Below, piece by piece: positions 10,366 through 21,898 of a stretch of 64,000 nucleotides of DNA; position 1 is the stretch's first letter; each line of letters starts with the position of its first letter. Below the pieces are notes generated by a model. The model was not told the DNA's origin, did no database searches, and saw only the letters and a program-made list of their open reading frames with translations. The position numbers and the translations under genes are program-made. Source of the DNA: Spirochaetia bacterium (GTDB taxonomy: Bacteria; Spirochaetota; Spirochaetia; UBA9216); the NCBI GenBank assembly GCA_963675665.1, contig OY776510.1, positions 3,488,001 to 3,552,000 of the forward strand. Direction: 5' to 3'.

Positions 10366-10872
10366 ATGGCCAATCGTGTTCTGGGATTCGATCCCGGACT
10401 TGCCAATACCGGCTGGGGTGTTATTGATGCAGATACAAGCAGGTTAGTTCCGGTTGCATACGGTTCAATAACAACCCCGCCTGATATTTCAGCCGGGGCT
10501 CGTCTTGATATAATTTTCAGCGAATCCGAAAAAATAATAAAAAAATATAAACCCGACGCTGCGGGTATGGAAAGCCTGTATTTTTCCAAAAATGTCACCA
10601 GCGCTATACCCGTGGCTCAGGCAAGAGGGATCCTGTTTTTGTCTCTGTTTCGTAACGGAATAGATGTTGAGGAATATACGCCCCAGCAGATAAAACAGGG
10701 AATTACGGGAAACGGGAGATCTGGAAAACTGAAAGTCCAGGAAATGATTCGTATATTACTTGGCCTTAAAAATATTCCGGAACCTGACCACGCAGCAGAT
10801 GCTCTGGGCGCGGCAATATGTTGTTTCAACACCAAATTACTCAGTTCAAGGGGAGTATTACGTAATGTTTAA
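10366..10872 (+). CDS. ruvC: Holliday junction resolvase
   Basis: LGFDPGLANTGWG, QARG, PDHAADAL. Confidence 0.95.
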   Translation: MANRVLGFDPGLANTGWGVIDADTSRLVPVAYGSITTPPDISAGARLDIIFSESEKIIKKYKPDAAGMESLYFSKNVTSAIPVAQARGILFLSLFRNGIDVEEYTPQQIKQGITGNGRSGKLKVQEMIRILLGLKNIPEPDHAADALGAAICCFNTKLLSSRGVLRNV

Positions 10873-11458
10873 CAGTCTGTACGGTACAGTTACACATAAA
10901 GATGAATCAAAAATATTTCTTGAGCTGAACGGGATAGAATGGCAGATTTACATGCCTTTCAATTCCATTACAAAATTGCCGCCCGCCGGAGAGAAAGCCA
11001 GAATCTATACCTATCTGCAGCATAGCCAGGATGCAATGCAACTTTTCGGTTTTTCAAATACAAGGGAAAGATTTCTTTTTCGTGATTTGCTTAAGGTAGG
11101 CGGAATAGGCCCGAAACAGGCAATAAAGATTATGTCCGGAATAGAGCCTGAAAGTTTTATGCGACAGCTGGATGATAACGATGTTGAAGCATTAACAAGA
11201 CTGCCTGGCCTGGGTAAAAAAACAGCCCAGAAAATAATACTGACGCTCAGGGGAAAATTAAGCATCGATGAGGATGTTCACAGTGAACAGTCTGCAGACG
11301 GTGATATAATTAATGCTCTTGTTGATATGGGCTTCGACCGCAAGGCTGCCGAGGCCGCTGTCCGCAAAGCTGCTGATGAAGAAGAAACAAAAAAAGCGCC
11401 CATATCCGAAAAAGAGCAGATTATTTTCAGAAGAGCTATTATAATGCTCAGCAGCTGA
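10865..11458 (+). CDS. ruvA: Holliday junction branch migration protein
   Basis: MFNSLYG start, LFGF, VGGIGPK, LPGLGKKTAQ. Confidence 0.95.
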   Translation: MFNSLYGTVTHKDESKIFLELNGIEWQIYMPFNSITKLPPAGEKARIYTYLQHSQDAMQLFGFSNTRERFLFRDLLKVGGIGPKQAIKIMSGIEPESFMRQLDDNDVEALTRLPGLGKKTAQKIILTLRGKLSIDEDVHSEQSADGDIINALVDMGFDRKAAEAAVRKAADEEETKKAPISEKEQIIFRRAIIMLSS

Positions 11459-11469
11459 ACAGGTAAATT

Positions 11470-12552
11470 ATGACTGAAGATTTTTTGGACGAAACAGAAA
11501 ACACAGCCGGCGGCATGCTGAGCGGGGACTACAGCGTTGAAATCGACGGAAGGGAAAACCCGCTGCGCCCAAAAACTCTAACAGAATTTCAGGGACAGGA
11601 TGCAATAAAAAGCAATCTGGATATTTTTATCAGGGCCGCGAAAGATCGTGAAGAAAGCCTTGATCATGTTTTTCTTTGCGGCCCCCCGGGACTTGGAAAA
11701 ACTACACTTGCAGGAATAATATCAAATGAACTCGGAGCTGATCTGAAAGTGACAAGCGCTCCGGCGATTGAAAAACCTAAGGATCTTGCCGGCATTCTTA
11801 CAAGCATTACAGAGCGCAGCGTCTTTTTTATTGATGAAATACACAGGCTTAAACCCGCAATTGAAGAAATGCTTTATATTGCAATGGAAGACTTTGAGAT
11901 GGATTGGGTTATAGGGCAGGGGCCGTCGGCACGAAACATCCGAATTCCGATTCCTCCGTTCACTTTAATAGGCGCAACAACAAAAGCAGGACAGGTTGCC
12001 AGCCCGCTTTACAGCAGGTTCGGCATTTCATGCAGAATGAATTTTTATGAGCATGAAGATATTATGAGCATAATCAGACGTTCATCGGTTATACTTGATG
12101 TTAAGATTGATAATGATGCGGTAAACCTGCTTGCACAATGCTCAAGGGGAACACCCCGTGTAGCAAACAGGCTTCTGCGCCGCATGCGTGATTTTGCCCA
12201 TGTTGATAACAGTGATATTATTACCAAAAAAATAGTAGCCGGCGGGTTAAAAAGACTTGAAATAGACGACAAGGGACTTGAACGTCTTGATCGTCAGATA
12301 CTCAGACTGATAATTGAAAGATACAACGGGGGGCCTGTCGGTGCGGAAACACTTGCAATATCGGCAGGAGAAGCGGTTGAATCTCTTGAAGATTTTTATG
12401 AGCCGTACCTGATTCAGCAGGGATTCATCAAACGGACCTCCAGGGGAAGAATGGTAACTGAACTTGCATATTCGCATCTCGGCATCAATGCCGGCGGTCT
12501 TAAAAACAATTACGGGAAAGAAACTGATGAAAACCAGTCATTTCTCTTTTGA
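11470..12552 (+). CDS. ruvB: Holliday junction branch migration helicase
   Basis: [37 protein letters not shown]. Confidence 0.97.
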   Translation: MTEDFLDETENTAGGMLSGDYSVEIDGRENPLRPKTLTEFQGQDAIKSNLDIFIRAAKDREESLDHVFLCGPPGLGKTTLAGIISNELGADLKVTSAPAIEKPKDLAGILTSITERSVFFIDEIHRLKPAIEEMLYIAMEDFEMDWVIGQGPSARNIRIPIPPFTLIGATTKAGQVASPLYSRFGISCRMNFYEHEDIMSIIRRSSVILDVKIDNDAVNLLAQCSRGTPRVANRLLRRMRDFAHVDNSDIITKKIVAGGLKRLEIDDKGLERLDRQILRLIIERYNGGPVGAETLAISAGEAVESLEDFYEPYLIQQGFIKRTSRGRMVTELAYSHLGINAGGLKNNYGKETDENQSFLF

Positions 12553-13552
12553 CCTGCCCGAAGAACTTATAGCCCAGTATCCGTCGGACCGCAGGGGTGA
12601 ATCCAGGCTTATGCGTCTTGACAGAAAAACAGGAGCTGTAAGCCATCATTACATTTCTGATCTTCCGGAACTTCTACCTGAAGGGGCCCTGGTAGTATTT
12701 AACAATTCAAAAGTAAGAAAAGCACGCATTTTCGGAGAATCTTTAACAGGCGGGAAAGTTGAGTTTCTGCTGATAAAGAAAATTGATCCTTACAGCTGGC
12801 TTGCCATGGTATCAAAATCAAAAAAACAGAAACCCGGGAAAAGGTTCAGTTTCGCCGACGGAGTCGAGGGCGAAATTACAGGTATCGAAGGAAGTTACAG
12901 AATAATCAGATTCGACAAGCCTGTAGATGACAACTGGCTGGATTTATACGGAAGGATGCCTCTGCCGCCGTACATAAAACGCGAAGACGAATTTTCGGAT
13001 GCAGACAGGTACCAGACTGTTTTTTCCGAAAATACCGGTTCCATAGCAGCTCCAACAGCAGGTCTTCATTTTACCGGCGAAATACTTCAAAATCTTGAAA
13101 AACGCGGTATGCAAACCGTCTTTCTAAGCCTTCACGTGGGTATGGGCACATTTTTGCCGGTGCGTACAGAGAATGTCAGCGATCATAAAATGCACTCTGA
13201 AGATTATGAAATATCAGACAAAACAGCACAATCAGTAAACAAAGCTCTATCCGAAAAGCGGCCTGTTGTAGCAGTAGGAACAACTTCGGTCAGAACGCTG
13301 GAATCCGAGGCAGCGCGCCTGGGCCGGCCGGCAATAGAAGCAGGAAGAAGAAGTACTGATATATTTATCTATCCCGGCAAGAAATTTAAAATAGTGGATC
13401 ATATGGTTACAAATTTTCATACACCTGAATCCTCACTGCTTATGCTTGTATCCGCGTTTGCAGGAAAAGATAATATTGATGCGGCATACATGAAAGCCAT
13501 CGAAAATAAGTATCGGTTTTTTTCATACGGAGACGCCATGCTTATTGTCTGA
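12527..13552 (+). CDS. queA: S-adenosylmethionine:tRNA ribosyltransferase-isomerase
   Basis: [44 protein letters not shown]. Confidence 0.96.
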   Translation: MKTSHFSFDLPEELIAQYPSDRRGESRLMRLDRKTGAVSHHYISDLPELLPEGALVVFNNSKVRKARIFGESLTGGKVEFLLIKKIDPYSWLAMVSKSKKQKPGKRFSFADGVEGEITGIEGSYRIIRFDKPVDDNWLDLYGRMPLPPYIKREDEFSDADRYQTVFSENTGSIAAPTAGLHFTGEILQNLEKRGMQTVFLSLHVGMGTFLPVRTENVSDHKMHSEDYEISDKTAQSVNKALSEKRPVVAVGTTSVRTLESEAARLGRPAIEAGRRSTDIFIYPGKKFKIVDHMVTNFHTPESSLLMLVSAFAGKDNIDAAYMKAIENKYRFFSYGDAMLIV

Positions 13553-13607
13553 TTTTTTGCAGTAAGGGTTGAAATAATAATTCACTATAGTTAAGATCGG
13601 AGCTTAT

Positions 13608-14966
13608 ATGAAAACAATCATTTTAGGGGCGGGTACCCGCGGATTTCAGATTGCAAAACATCTTATTGAAGAAAAAAAAGATGTTGTTTTAATAGAATCA
13701 GATCCAAAGAAAGCAACCTATGCATCATCAAAACTTGATTGTATGGTTGTGAAAGGTTCGGGAACTTCCATTGAAAAACTGAAGGAAGCGGGAATTGGCG
13801 ATGCCGACATGTTTATCAGTATGACTGATTCGGATGAGGTGAACATGGTAGCCTGCGGACTGGTTTCAAGTGAATTCGATGTACAGCATAAAATTGCCTG
13901 TATCAGGAACCTGACCTATATCGGTTCGCATGGACTTTCCGGTAAAATTCTCGGAATTGACTATATTATTAACCCGGAATCGGAGGCTGCCAACGCTATC
14001 TATGATGTTGTAGATAAAGGTGTTTTCAGCGATATGATTTCATTTCAGAAAACAAGCCTGCTGCTGAATAATATTTACGTTACCCCTGAATCAGCCTTCG
14101 TTAATAAAAATATTAAAATGATAAGACAGGCAATTAATGACGATTTTCTGATAGCGGCAATACACCGTCATCATAAAATGATTGTTCCTTCGGGCGATAC
14201 TGTAATCAAGGACGGTGATACACTTTCAATAGTTACCGGTGAAAGCGGAATTGAGTCTGTTTTCAACGCTATAGGCAAACAGAAAAAACCGCTGAAAAAA
14301 GTTTTACTGGTAGGCGGAAGCAAAACCGCCCGGTTTCTGCTGAAGAATTTCACTCAATCAGACAGGCGTTCTTTTGCGCTTGTCGATCAGGACAGCGAAA
14401 TTTGCAAGGAATTTGCCGAGCAGTTTCCTGAAATCCTGATAATAAATTCGGACGTAACTGATGAAACCCTTTATGAAGATGAAGATATAGGAAGTTATGA
14501 TCTGATGATAACGCTTACCGGAAATGATGAACTTAACATACTTACAGCCATTTATGCAAAGAAAATCGGTATTGACAGATCAATGGCGCTTATAAAACAT
14601 AATAATAATTATCTTCGGCTTGCGCCTCATCTTGATCTTGATTCGGTTGTCGCAGTAAGCAGTTCAACCGTCAATTCCGCTCTGCGGTATATCAGAGGAG
14701 AAAATTTCAAGTCTGTGCACTCGTTGTTTGAAGGTAAACTTGAAGTTTTTGAATTCGAGATAAATGAAAAAACATCCATGGTAAACCGGCAAATAAAGGA
14801 TATTAATCTGCGCAATAAAGGACTAATTGCAGGTATTACCAGGGACGGAAAGAATATTATCCCTTCAGGAGAAAATATTCTAAAAAAAGGTGATGTTATT
14901 CTTGTAACTGTAGATCGCAGCCATATAGATTTCGTACAAAAATTATTCAAGCAGTCGGAGCAGTAA
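13608..14966 (+). CDS. trkA: Trk potassium uptake regulatory subunit
   Basis: Two RCK_N/RCK_C pairs; adjacent trkH. Confidence 0.93.
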   Translation: MKTIILGAGTRGFQIAKHLIEEKKDVVLIESDPKKATYASSKLDCMVVKGSGTSIEKLKEAGIGDADMFISMTDSDEVNMVACGLVSSEFDVQHKIACIRNLTYIGSHGLSGKILGIDYIINPESEAANAIYDVVDKGVFSDMISFQKTSLLLNNIYVTPESAFVNKNIKMIRQAINDDFLIAAIHRHHKMIVPSGDTVIKDGDTLSIVTGESGIESVFNAIGKQKKPLKKVLLVGGSKTARFLLKNFTQSDRRSFALVDQDSEICKEFAEQFPEILIINSDVTDETLYEDEDIGSYDLMITLTGNDELNILTAIYAKKIGIDRSMALIKHNNNYLRLAPHLDLDSVVAVSSSTVNSALRYIRGENFKSVHSLFEGKLEVFEFEINEKTSMVNRQIKDINLRNKGLIAGITRDGKNIIPSGENILKKGDVILVTVDRSHIDFVQKLFKQSEQ

Positions 14967-14967
14967 T

Positions 14968-16425
14968 TTGAATCCTTTTTATATACTAAGACTTACTGCT
15001 GTAATACAGCTTGTTGTATCCGCTTTCATGATAATACCGGCCGGAATTGCCGCGCATTATGGTGAAACTGTTGAGTTTTATTCTTTTCTGGGAACAATAC
15101 TTCTTGTATGGCTTTTCGGAGCAGTATATATGCTGTTTACCAGAAAAGCCCCGAACCGTGTTCTTACATCACGCGACGGTTTTTTCTTTGTAACGTCAAG
15201 CTGGATTCTGGCCGCCGGGTTCGGCGCTTTGCCGGTTTATATCTCCGGGGCAATACCATCCTATACCGACGCATATTTTGAAATAATGTCGGGTTTCACT
15301 ACTACCGGGGCGTCGATTCTGACAGATATAGAATCTCTTCCGCGAAGTGTTCTATATTGGCGTTCGCTTACTCACTGGCTGGGCGGTATGGGTATAGTTG
15401 TTCTTGTCGTCGCATTAATACCGCTTCTGGGGGCCGGCGGCACAAAACTGGTCGGGGCCGAATCTCCGGGTCCGTCGGTCGACAAATTTACTCCGAAAAT
15501 CAGAAACAACGCACTTATTCTCTGGCTGATATACCTGGGCCTTTCAGTTATAGAGATAATTCTTCTGATGTTCGGCGGAATGGACCTTTTTGACGCATCT
15601 ACCCATACCTTCGGAACAATGGCCACCGGAGGATTTTCACCAAAAGCTGCCAGCGTTGGCCACTATAACAGTGCATACATCGATGCAGTAATTACGGTTT
15701 TCATGGTAATGGCCGGATGCAACTTTGCTCTGTACTATAAAGTTCTGCGAGGAAAAATCGGAGATGTTTTAAGAGACGGCGAATTTAAAGTGTATATTGC
15801 AATATTTTTTATTGTGGCAATTCTGATCAGCATAAACCTGATGGTGCAGGGTGACGGATACGAAACACCCGGACGCGCATTCAGATACGCATCTTTTCAG
15901 ACAGCTACAATCATAACAACAACAGGTTATGCAACAGCCGATTTTGAACTGTGGCCCAATTTTTCAAAGGTACTTCTGTTTTTTCTGATGTTTATCGGAG
16001 GATGTTCAGGCTCGACCGGCGGAGGTATAAAGGTTATCAGAATTATAACGGTAGCAAAACTTGCATTAAACAATATTAAATATATGCTTCACCCGCGCGG
16101 TGTATTCAGTATGAAAATCGGCAATTCTACCATCAGAAAGGAAGTTGTTTATACCATAGCCGGTTTTTTTGCTTTATACATTTTTACGATTCTGTTGACT
16201 ACCGTAATCGTCTCAACAGCCGGAACAGATATTGAAACATCTCTGACAACTGCTTTGGTAACGGTAGGAAACATCGGGCCGGGTTTTGGACAGATAGGAC
16301 CAACCGACAACTACTTTTTCTACCCGGGACATATTAAATGGGTGCTTTCCCTGGCCATGATGGCAGGACGGCTGGAATTGTTTACCGTATTTGCGCTTCT
16401 TACGCCGCAATTCTGGCGAAGGTAA
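14968..16425 (+). CDS. trkH: Trk potassium uptake membrane subunit
   Basis: SGFTTTGAS, WLGGMGI, TGGFS, GGCSGSTGGGIK, GNIGPG. Confidence 0.95.
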   Translation: MNPFYILRLTAVIQLVVSAFMIIPAGIAAHYGETVEFYSFLGTILLVWLFGAVYMLFTRKAPNRVLTSRDGFFFVTSSWILAAGFGALPVYISGAIPSYTDAYFEIMSGFTTTGASILTDIESLPRSVLYWRSLTHWLGGMGIVVLVVALIPLLGAGGTKLVGAESPGPSVDKFTPKIRNNALILWLIYLGLSVIEIILLMFGGMDLFDASTHTFGTMATGGFSPKAASVGHYNSAYIDAVITVFMVMAGCNFALYYKVLRGKIGDVLRDGEFKVYIAIFFIVAILISINLMVQGDGYETPGRAFRYASFQTATIITTTGYATADFELWPNFSKVLLFFLMFIGGCSGSTGGGIKVIRIITVAKLALNNIKYMLHPRGVFSMKIGNSTIRKEVVYTIAGFFALYIFTILLTTVIVSTAGTDIETSLTTALVTVGNIGPGFGQIGPTDNYFFYPGHIKWVLSLAMMAGRLELFTVFALLTPQFWRR

Positions 16426-16427
16426 TA

Positions 16428-17402
16428 TCAACTCATTAACTCAAGACCGTTATCGGAAATTATTTTGATTATGTTGTCGTATGCAGCTAGTGCGCGGCCG
16501 CCGACAATTGAAAAGTCTTTTCTTACTATTTCAGGCGTTGCATCTATGAAAAATATATTTGCGCCGGCCCTGATTGCTGCAGCATTGCCTGCAGGATCCG
16601 CAAAACCGAGTTTTGAGTTTTTTCCGGGCTGTCCTGCCGTTATCAGTGTTTTCGGAAGAAGCAGTCTGAAAAGCGATATCAGTCTGAGAGTCAAATCGAT
16701 ATCGCCGGGCGGATTGTTTACGGCCATTGGTGTCCCCGGTGCAGGCAGATAAGGAACTATGGGGATCCATGCGGGATTAAATGTCAGCGTATATTTGAAA
16801 TCAACAATAATATCTTCCGTTCTTTGGCCTTCAAGTCCGACTATTCCGCCGGTAGCTATTTTGAAGCCTGTTTCTGCCGCTTCATTTATACAGCGTATTC
16901 TTTGATCATAATCAGCAGACGGTTTCACTTTTCTGAAAAGCTCACGGCTTGCCGTTTCAAATTTAAGGCAGTATTCACTTGCTCCGGCATTATAAAACAA
17001 TTTCAATTTTTCTTTTGGAAAAACACCTGCGCCGATAGTAATATAAAAACCTTTGCCGGCGGCATAACCGATAATATCTGTAATTTCTTCAATCTTACGT
17101 AACGGGTCTTCGCCTGAAATCAGAAAAAGTCTTTTTATACCCAGGTTTTCAAGGTAATCAACACCGTTTTCAAGCTGTTCATAGGTGAGTCTGAAGCGTT
17201 TTACCGGATTCTCAGATCTCAATCCGCAATACAGGCAGTCGTTAACACAGTAGTTTCCAAGCGCCAGTATTCCGGTCAGAAAAACCTTGTTTCCGAATAT
17301 ATTTCCTGTTTCTTCAAATGCAGGTTTGCGATATTCATTTTCAAAATCAAAATCAGAAAGATTAAGTATAGACTCGAGGTTTTCAATAATATCGTTTTTC
17401 AT
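16428..17402 (-). CDS. Radical SAM enzyme, BioB/HydE-like
   Basis: NYCVNDCLYCGLR CxxxCxxC motif, IVGLEGQ, PAPGTPM, AGAN. Confidence 0.8.
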   Translation of the reverse strand: MKNDIIENLESILNLSDFDFENEYRKPAFEETGNIFGNKVFLTGILALGNYCVNDCLYCGLRSENPVKRFRLTYEQLENGVDYLENLGIKRLFLISGEDPLRKIEEITDIIGYAAGKGFYITIGAGVFPKEKLKLFYNAGASEYCLKFETASRELFRKVKPSADYDQRIRCINEAAETGFKIATGGIVGLEGQRTEDIIVDFKYTLTFNPAWIPIVPYLPAPGTPMAVNNPPGDIDLTLRLISLFRLLLPKTLITAGQPGKNSKLGFADPAGNAAAIRAGANIFFIDATPEIVRKDFSIVGGRALAAYDNIIKIISDNGLELMS

Positions 17403-17405
17403 TAT

Positions 17406-19415
17406 TTAATAATCCTCAAGCTCATCAAGCCACATTTTAACAGAAGCATCGCTTGGCATTCGCCAATCGGCGCGCGGAGAAAGCGCAATTGTTCCTACTT
17501 TAGGCCCGTCTGGTACACAGGAACGCTTAAACTGCTGACTGAAAAAACGTTTGTAGAACAGTACAAGCCATTTTTTAATCTCATCACGAGTATACTCTGA
17601 TATGCCGTTTTTTCCGTTGAATGCTGCCCGGGCCAGGAAAAGTACTTTTAACGGCTCGTAACCGCACCTGACGACCTGATAAAGGAAAAAATCGTGAAGT
17701 TCATACGGGCCGATTTTTTCCTCAGTCTTTTGAGCAATCTCTCCATTGCTGTCGGGCGGCAAAAGCTCGGGCGAAATCGGCGTATTATTAATATCAGTAA
17801 GGATTCCGGATGTTTTTTTATCAGCCAGGTGTTCAATGTAATATTCAACCAGAAACCTTACAAGGGTTTTCGGCACGCCGGTATTAACCGCATACATGGA
17901 CATATGGTCGCCGTTATAAGTACTCCAGCCCATAGCCTGCTCGGAAAGATCGCCGGTACCAATTACTATTCCGCCAAGCTGATTAGCCTTGTCCATCAGA
18001 ATCTGGGTCCGTTCTCTGGCCTGTGCGTTCTCGTATGTTACATTTTTAATGCCTTCATCATGATTTATGTCGTTAAAATGCTGTCTCACGGCAGCTGTTA
18101 TATCAATCGATTCAATTTTAAGCCCAACTGAGGCACACAGTTTTTCAGCATTACTTCGGGTACGTTTAGTTGTGCCGAAGCCGGGCATTGTCAGGCAGTT
18201 TATTCCGCTGATATCAAAATCAAGGCTTTTAAAGGCTTCTATGCATACAAGCAGCGCAAGTGTTGAATCAAGACCGCCGGAAAGGCCGAGCACAACCTTT
18301 TTGCATCCGATATGAATAAGCCTGGAAGCAAGCGCAGCGCTCTGAATAGAAAAAATTTCACGGCATCTTTCACTTCTTTTTTCAGGCGCAGTCGGAACAA
18401 AAGGGGCTGGATCAATATATCTCATCAGCATATCGTGTGTGAAATCTTTTGACGGCGCTGTTGTATCATCCGTATATTCGTAATCTTCAAGCTCAACAAA
18501 AATAAAAGAACCTGCATCTTTTTTCCTGGTCAGTTCAGTTGCAGCGCATTCCGAGAAAGTTTTATTATTGATACGTTCATGCCTTATGAAATCAAGGTCA
18601 ATATCTGCATAAGTAAAACCGTCTGTTCGTTCAAAGCGTTCGCTTTCAACAAGAAGTCTTCCGTTCTCGGCAACAATTCTGTGACCACCGAATACTGTGT
18701 CGGTAGACGATTCGAAAACCCCTGAAGAACAGTATATATATGCGGACAGCTGCTGACCGGAAAGTTTTTCAATCAGTTCTCTCCTGTAATCGGCTTTTCC
18801 TGCAAGTTCATTGCTTGATGAAAGGTTAATTATTAATTCTGCGCCGGCAAGGCTTTTCCTGACCGACGGCGGAACCGGCGCCCACATATCTTCACAGAGT
18901 TCAATTCCGGCTGTGCATGTATTGTTTTGATATCCGATTTTAAAAAGCAGGTCAGTACCGAACGGAATCTCTTTATTATCGATTAAAATGCTGTCGGAAA
19001 AAACATCAGCTCCAGAGGAAAACCACCTGTGTTCATAAAATTCGTTATGATTCGGAATATATGTTTTTGGAACAATACCGAGAATGCAGCCTCCGGAGAT
19101 CATTACGGCACAGTTATACAGCCTGTTTTCATGAAGAACAGGCAAACCAACGGCAATAAAAGCATTTAAATCCGAGGTTTCGTCGGTAATTCTTAATAAT
19201 TGCTTTAAAGCATTACTGTATAGCAGCTTCTGCATGAAAAGATCGGCATTGGTATAGCCTGTTATGCATAATTCGGGAAACACTATAAGATCACAGCCCT
19301 GTTCAGCAGCTGTTTTTGCTGTTTCGATTATCCTGTCGGCATTAGACCCGACATCGGCAAGCTTAAGCATCGGAGTTATGCAACCTGCACGTAAAAAACC
19401 AAATTCATTTCTCAT
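17406..19415 (-). CDS. nadE: Glutamine-dependent NAD+ synthetase
   Basis: Nitrilase domain (FPEL, PKTYIPN, ELCED) plus GLSGGLDSTL, ENAQARER, QQFKRSC. Confidence 0.96.
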   Translation of the reverse strand: MRNEFGFLRAGCITPMLKLADVGSNADRIIETAKTAAEQGCDLIVFPELCITGYTNADLFMQKLLYSNALKQLLRITDETSDLNAFIAVGLPVLHENRLYNCAVMISGGCILGIVPKTYIPNHNEFYEHRWFSSGADVFSDSILIDNKEIPFGTDLLFKIGYQNNTCTAGIELCEDMWAPVPPSVRKSLAGAELIINLSSSNELAGKADYRRELIEKLSGQQLSAYIYCSSGVFESSTDTVFGGHRIVAENGRLLVESERFERTDGFTYADIDLDFIRHERINNKTFSECAATELTRKKDAGSFIFVELEDYEYTDDTTAPSKDFTHDMLMRYIDPAPFVPTAPEKRSERCREIFSIQSAALASRLIHIGCKKVVLGLSGGLDSTLALLVCIEAFKSLDFDISGINCLTMPGFGTTKRTRSNAEKLCASVGLKIESIDITAAVRQHFNDINHDEGIKNVTYENAQARERTQILMDKANQLGGIVIGTGDLSEQAMGWSTYNGDHMSMYAVNTGVPKTLVRFLVEYYIEHLADKKTSGILTDINNTPISPELLPPDSNGEIAQKTEEKIGPYELHDFFLYQVVRCGYEPLKVLFLARAAFNGKNGISEYTRDEIKKWLVLFYKRFFSQQFKRSCVPDGPKVGTIALSPRADWRMPSDASVKMWLDELEDY

Positions 19416-19488
19416 GGATATATCTTAGCATATCAGCAGGACTGCTTGAAGTCTCAATAATTTTTATTTTTGTTTTTTTAAAAACACA

Positions 19489-19692
19489 TTAGTAATGCGG
19501 CGGTTTGGTATGTTCCATCGGTTCGCCGCCGCCGGACTCAAGGAAATCATCCAGCTTTTTCTGTATTTTCATACAGAATTTTCGCAGACTGTCAATTTCC
19601 CGGTTCTGGCCGGCAATTATTTTATTCAACTCATCGATCGTATTTTCAGCGTAAACAATCCTGGTTTCCAGTTCAATTATTCTATCTTCCAT
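19489..19692 (-). CDS. slyX: SlyX family protein
   Basis: RIIELETRIVYAE coiled coil; C-terminal KPPHY. Confidence 0.88.
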   Translation of the reverse strand: MEDRIIELETRIVYAENTIDELNKIIAGQNREIDSLRKFCMKIQKKLDDFLESGGGEPMEHTKPPHY

Positions 19693-19783
19693 AACAGATT
19701 CATACCTTAATCATTACATAATGTACAGGTCTGTTTTTAACCACTCTTTTATTTAAACAGTTTTTATAATAAAATAAGGCCAT

Positions 19784-21889
19784 ATGACAAATAATAAGCC
19801 TCTTGAATTGGGGCCTGAAGGTGAATTTGAAAAGAAGAGGTTAAGCCGTCTTGTTAAGATTCAGCGAAGCGATAAAGCATTCTTTCTGCTTGCAAGCCAC
19901 AGCTATATAGAAAGCTGGCTTAGGCAGGCTCTTCACATGTGGGAAGACAGCTACTGCTTCAGGGACCTGATTTTTAAATTCAAGATAGAACTTATAGAAA
20001 ACTCGAAATCGTTTCCCAGTACACTTAATGTTCTTCAATCGCTTGCGGCAAAAGAAAAAACTGCAACTGTTATTAAGCAGAATTTTTCAGACATAACTCC
20101 TGAAGAGGCTTCTGCAGCTGCATACAGGCTTCTCCAGTTCTGTCATCTGGCCGACATAGACAATAATGAAGAACTTGAACAGATCGGTTCTGTTCTTAAA
20201 TCCTGGACAGACCGCAGCCTGATTCCTGAAGACGAAATTACAAAACTGCATCAGAAACTTGCCGTCAGCCAGCAGCGAAACAAAGAACTTCTTAATGAAA
20301 TTGAAAAGCTTAGAGAATATAAATCAAGAATTGCAGAACTTGAAACAGAAATAAGAACAATAAAACGGCAAAATTTCGGCGGGCAGGCACAGGACCTGGT
20401 TAACCGTATGGCTGAAATTGAAAAAAACAAAAAGGCAGATGAAAAAATAATTGAAACTCTTAAACCGGCTGATGATTATGTAATTAACCTGGAAAGGCTG
20501 ACAAGCTACACAAGAACAAGATTTGATTTTGAACGCGATATAACCAGGTTAACAGATGAGCAGCAGGAAGTTCTCGACTGCATCAACCTTAAAAACGACT
20601 TCCTGGTTAAAGGCGGGGCAGGAACAGGGAAAACTCTTGTACTTATTAAATCTCTGGAAAAAGCTCTGCAAATCAGTAATAATGAACTGGGTTTTTCAGA
20701 TTCTCCTCTGAAAATGAGTATGCTTACATACAACCGTACGCTTGCCAAGTACGACAGGTACCTGGCAGAACTCTTAAAACAGGAAGAAGATTCAGCTAAA
20801 ATCGAAACAATTGACAAATTTTTATACGACAGGCTGAGAAAGATTAATCCCGATTATAAAATTATTTTTGATGATGATTTTTTTATTAATCTTGTTAAGG
20901 AACATGTGATTTTAAACAATGAAACCGCATTTAGATATTTAAAAGAAATAGACGGATTAATTTACGCGTCTGATCTTTCAGAAGACGAGTATCTTAAAAC
21001 AACCGGAGTATTCAATAAGAAAGAAAGAAAAAAAATATGGGAAACAAGCGTTATTCTTGCTGAAAAGATGAAATCGATATCAACATATACCAAGAATTTC
21101 AGCAGAAGAATTATTCTTGACCATCTTGAAAAAAAACCTGAAGATGAAGAAATTCACGATACTGATTTCACATTCATAGATGAGGTACAGGACCTTACTG
21201 CTGCTGATATTAAAACGGTTAAAGCCTGTACCAGGCGTGCAATAATTATGGCAGGAGATTCGGACCAGGCGATTTATCAGAACGGTTTTTCATTTGCCCG
21301 TTCAGGCATTGATATACGGGGAACAACAAAAATACTCAGAACAAATTTCCGTAACAGTATCGAAATCCAGAAGACGGCATCTGCTTATACCGGAAAACCA
21401 TTTGAACACAGGGCATTCAGAACAGGACCTCCACCCGAAATGTATCTTGCAGATAATATCCAGGAAATAAATGATTTGATAGTTAAACGTGTGAGCTTGT
21501 TTTTAAACGAGCTTTGCTATGATCCTGAAAATGTTTGTATACTTGTTCCAAGCAGCCGAGATATTGAGCTGCTTCAGGACAGCCTTCAAAAAGCAGGTTA
21601 TGAAAGCCACGACCTAAGAGCCGACGGGTTCTCTTTCAAATCGCGCGGCGTTATACGCATATCAACAATGCATTCAAGCAAGGGCCTTGATTTTCCGGTT
21701 GTTCTGCTTAGCCTGCATACAGTACCGCAGGTAGCAGGAAAAACCGAAGAAGAAAAGGATCTTATGAGGGAAAATTTAATTTATGTTTCAATGACCCGTG
21801 CTATGGATCAACTGAATATTTTCTGCCTGAAAGATGAAAAAAATACAGAGATAAAAAAACTTATCTCTGTATTCAAAAAAACAAAATAA
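19784..21889 (+). CDS. UvrD-like SF1 helicase with long N-terminal extension
   Basis: GGAGTGKT, DEVQD, GDSDQAIY, NFRNS, STMHSSKGLDF, YVSMTRA. Confidence 0.88.
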   Translation: MTNNKPLELGPEGEFEKKRLSRLVKIQRSDKAFFLLASHSYIESWLRQALHMWEDSYCFRDLIFKFKIELIENSKSFPSTLNVLQSLAAKEKTATVIKQNFSDITPEEASAAAYRLLQFCHLADIDNNEELEQIGSVLKSWTDRSLIPEDEITKLHQKLAVSQQRNKELLNEIEKLREYKSRIAELETEIRTIKRQNFGGQAQDLVNRMAEIEKNKKADEKIIETLKPADDYVINLERLTSYTRTRFDFERDITRLTDEQQEVLDCINLKNDFLVKGGAGTGKTLVLIKSLEKALQISNNELGFSDSPLKMSMLTYNRTLAKYDRYLAELLKQEEDSAKIETIDKFLYDRLRKINPDYKIIFDDDFFINLVKEHVILNNETAFRYLKEIDGLIYASDLSEDEYLKTTGVFNKKERKKIWETSVILAEKMKSISTYTKNFSRRIILDHLEKKPEDEEIHDTDFTFIDEVQDLTAADIKTVKACTRRAIIMAGDSDQAIYQNGFSFARSGIDIRGTTKILRTNFRNSIEIQKTASAYTGKPFEHRAFRTGPPPEMYLADNIQEINDLIVKRVSLFLNELCYDPENVCILVPSSRDIELLQDSLQKAGYESHDLRADGFSFKSRGVIRISTMHSSKGLDFPVVLLSLHTVPQVAGKTEEEKDLMRENLIYVSMTRAMDQLNIFCLKDEKNTEIKKLISVFKKTK

Positions 21890-21898
21890 AACAGGCTT

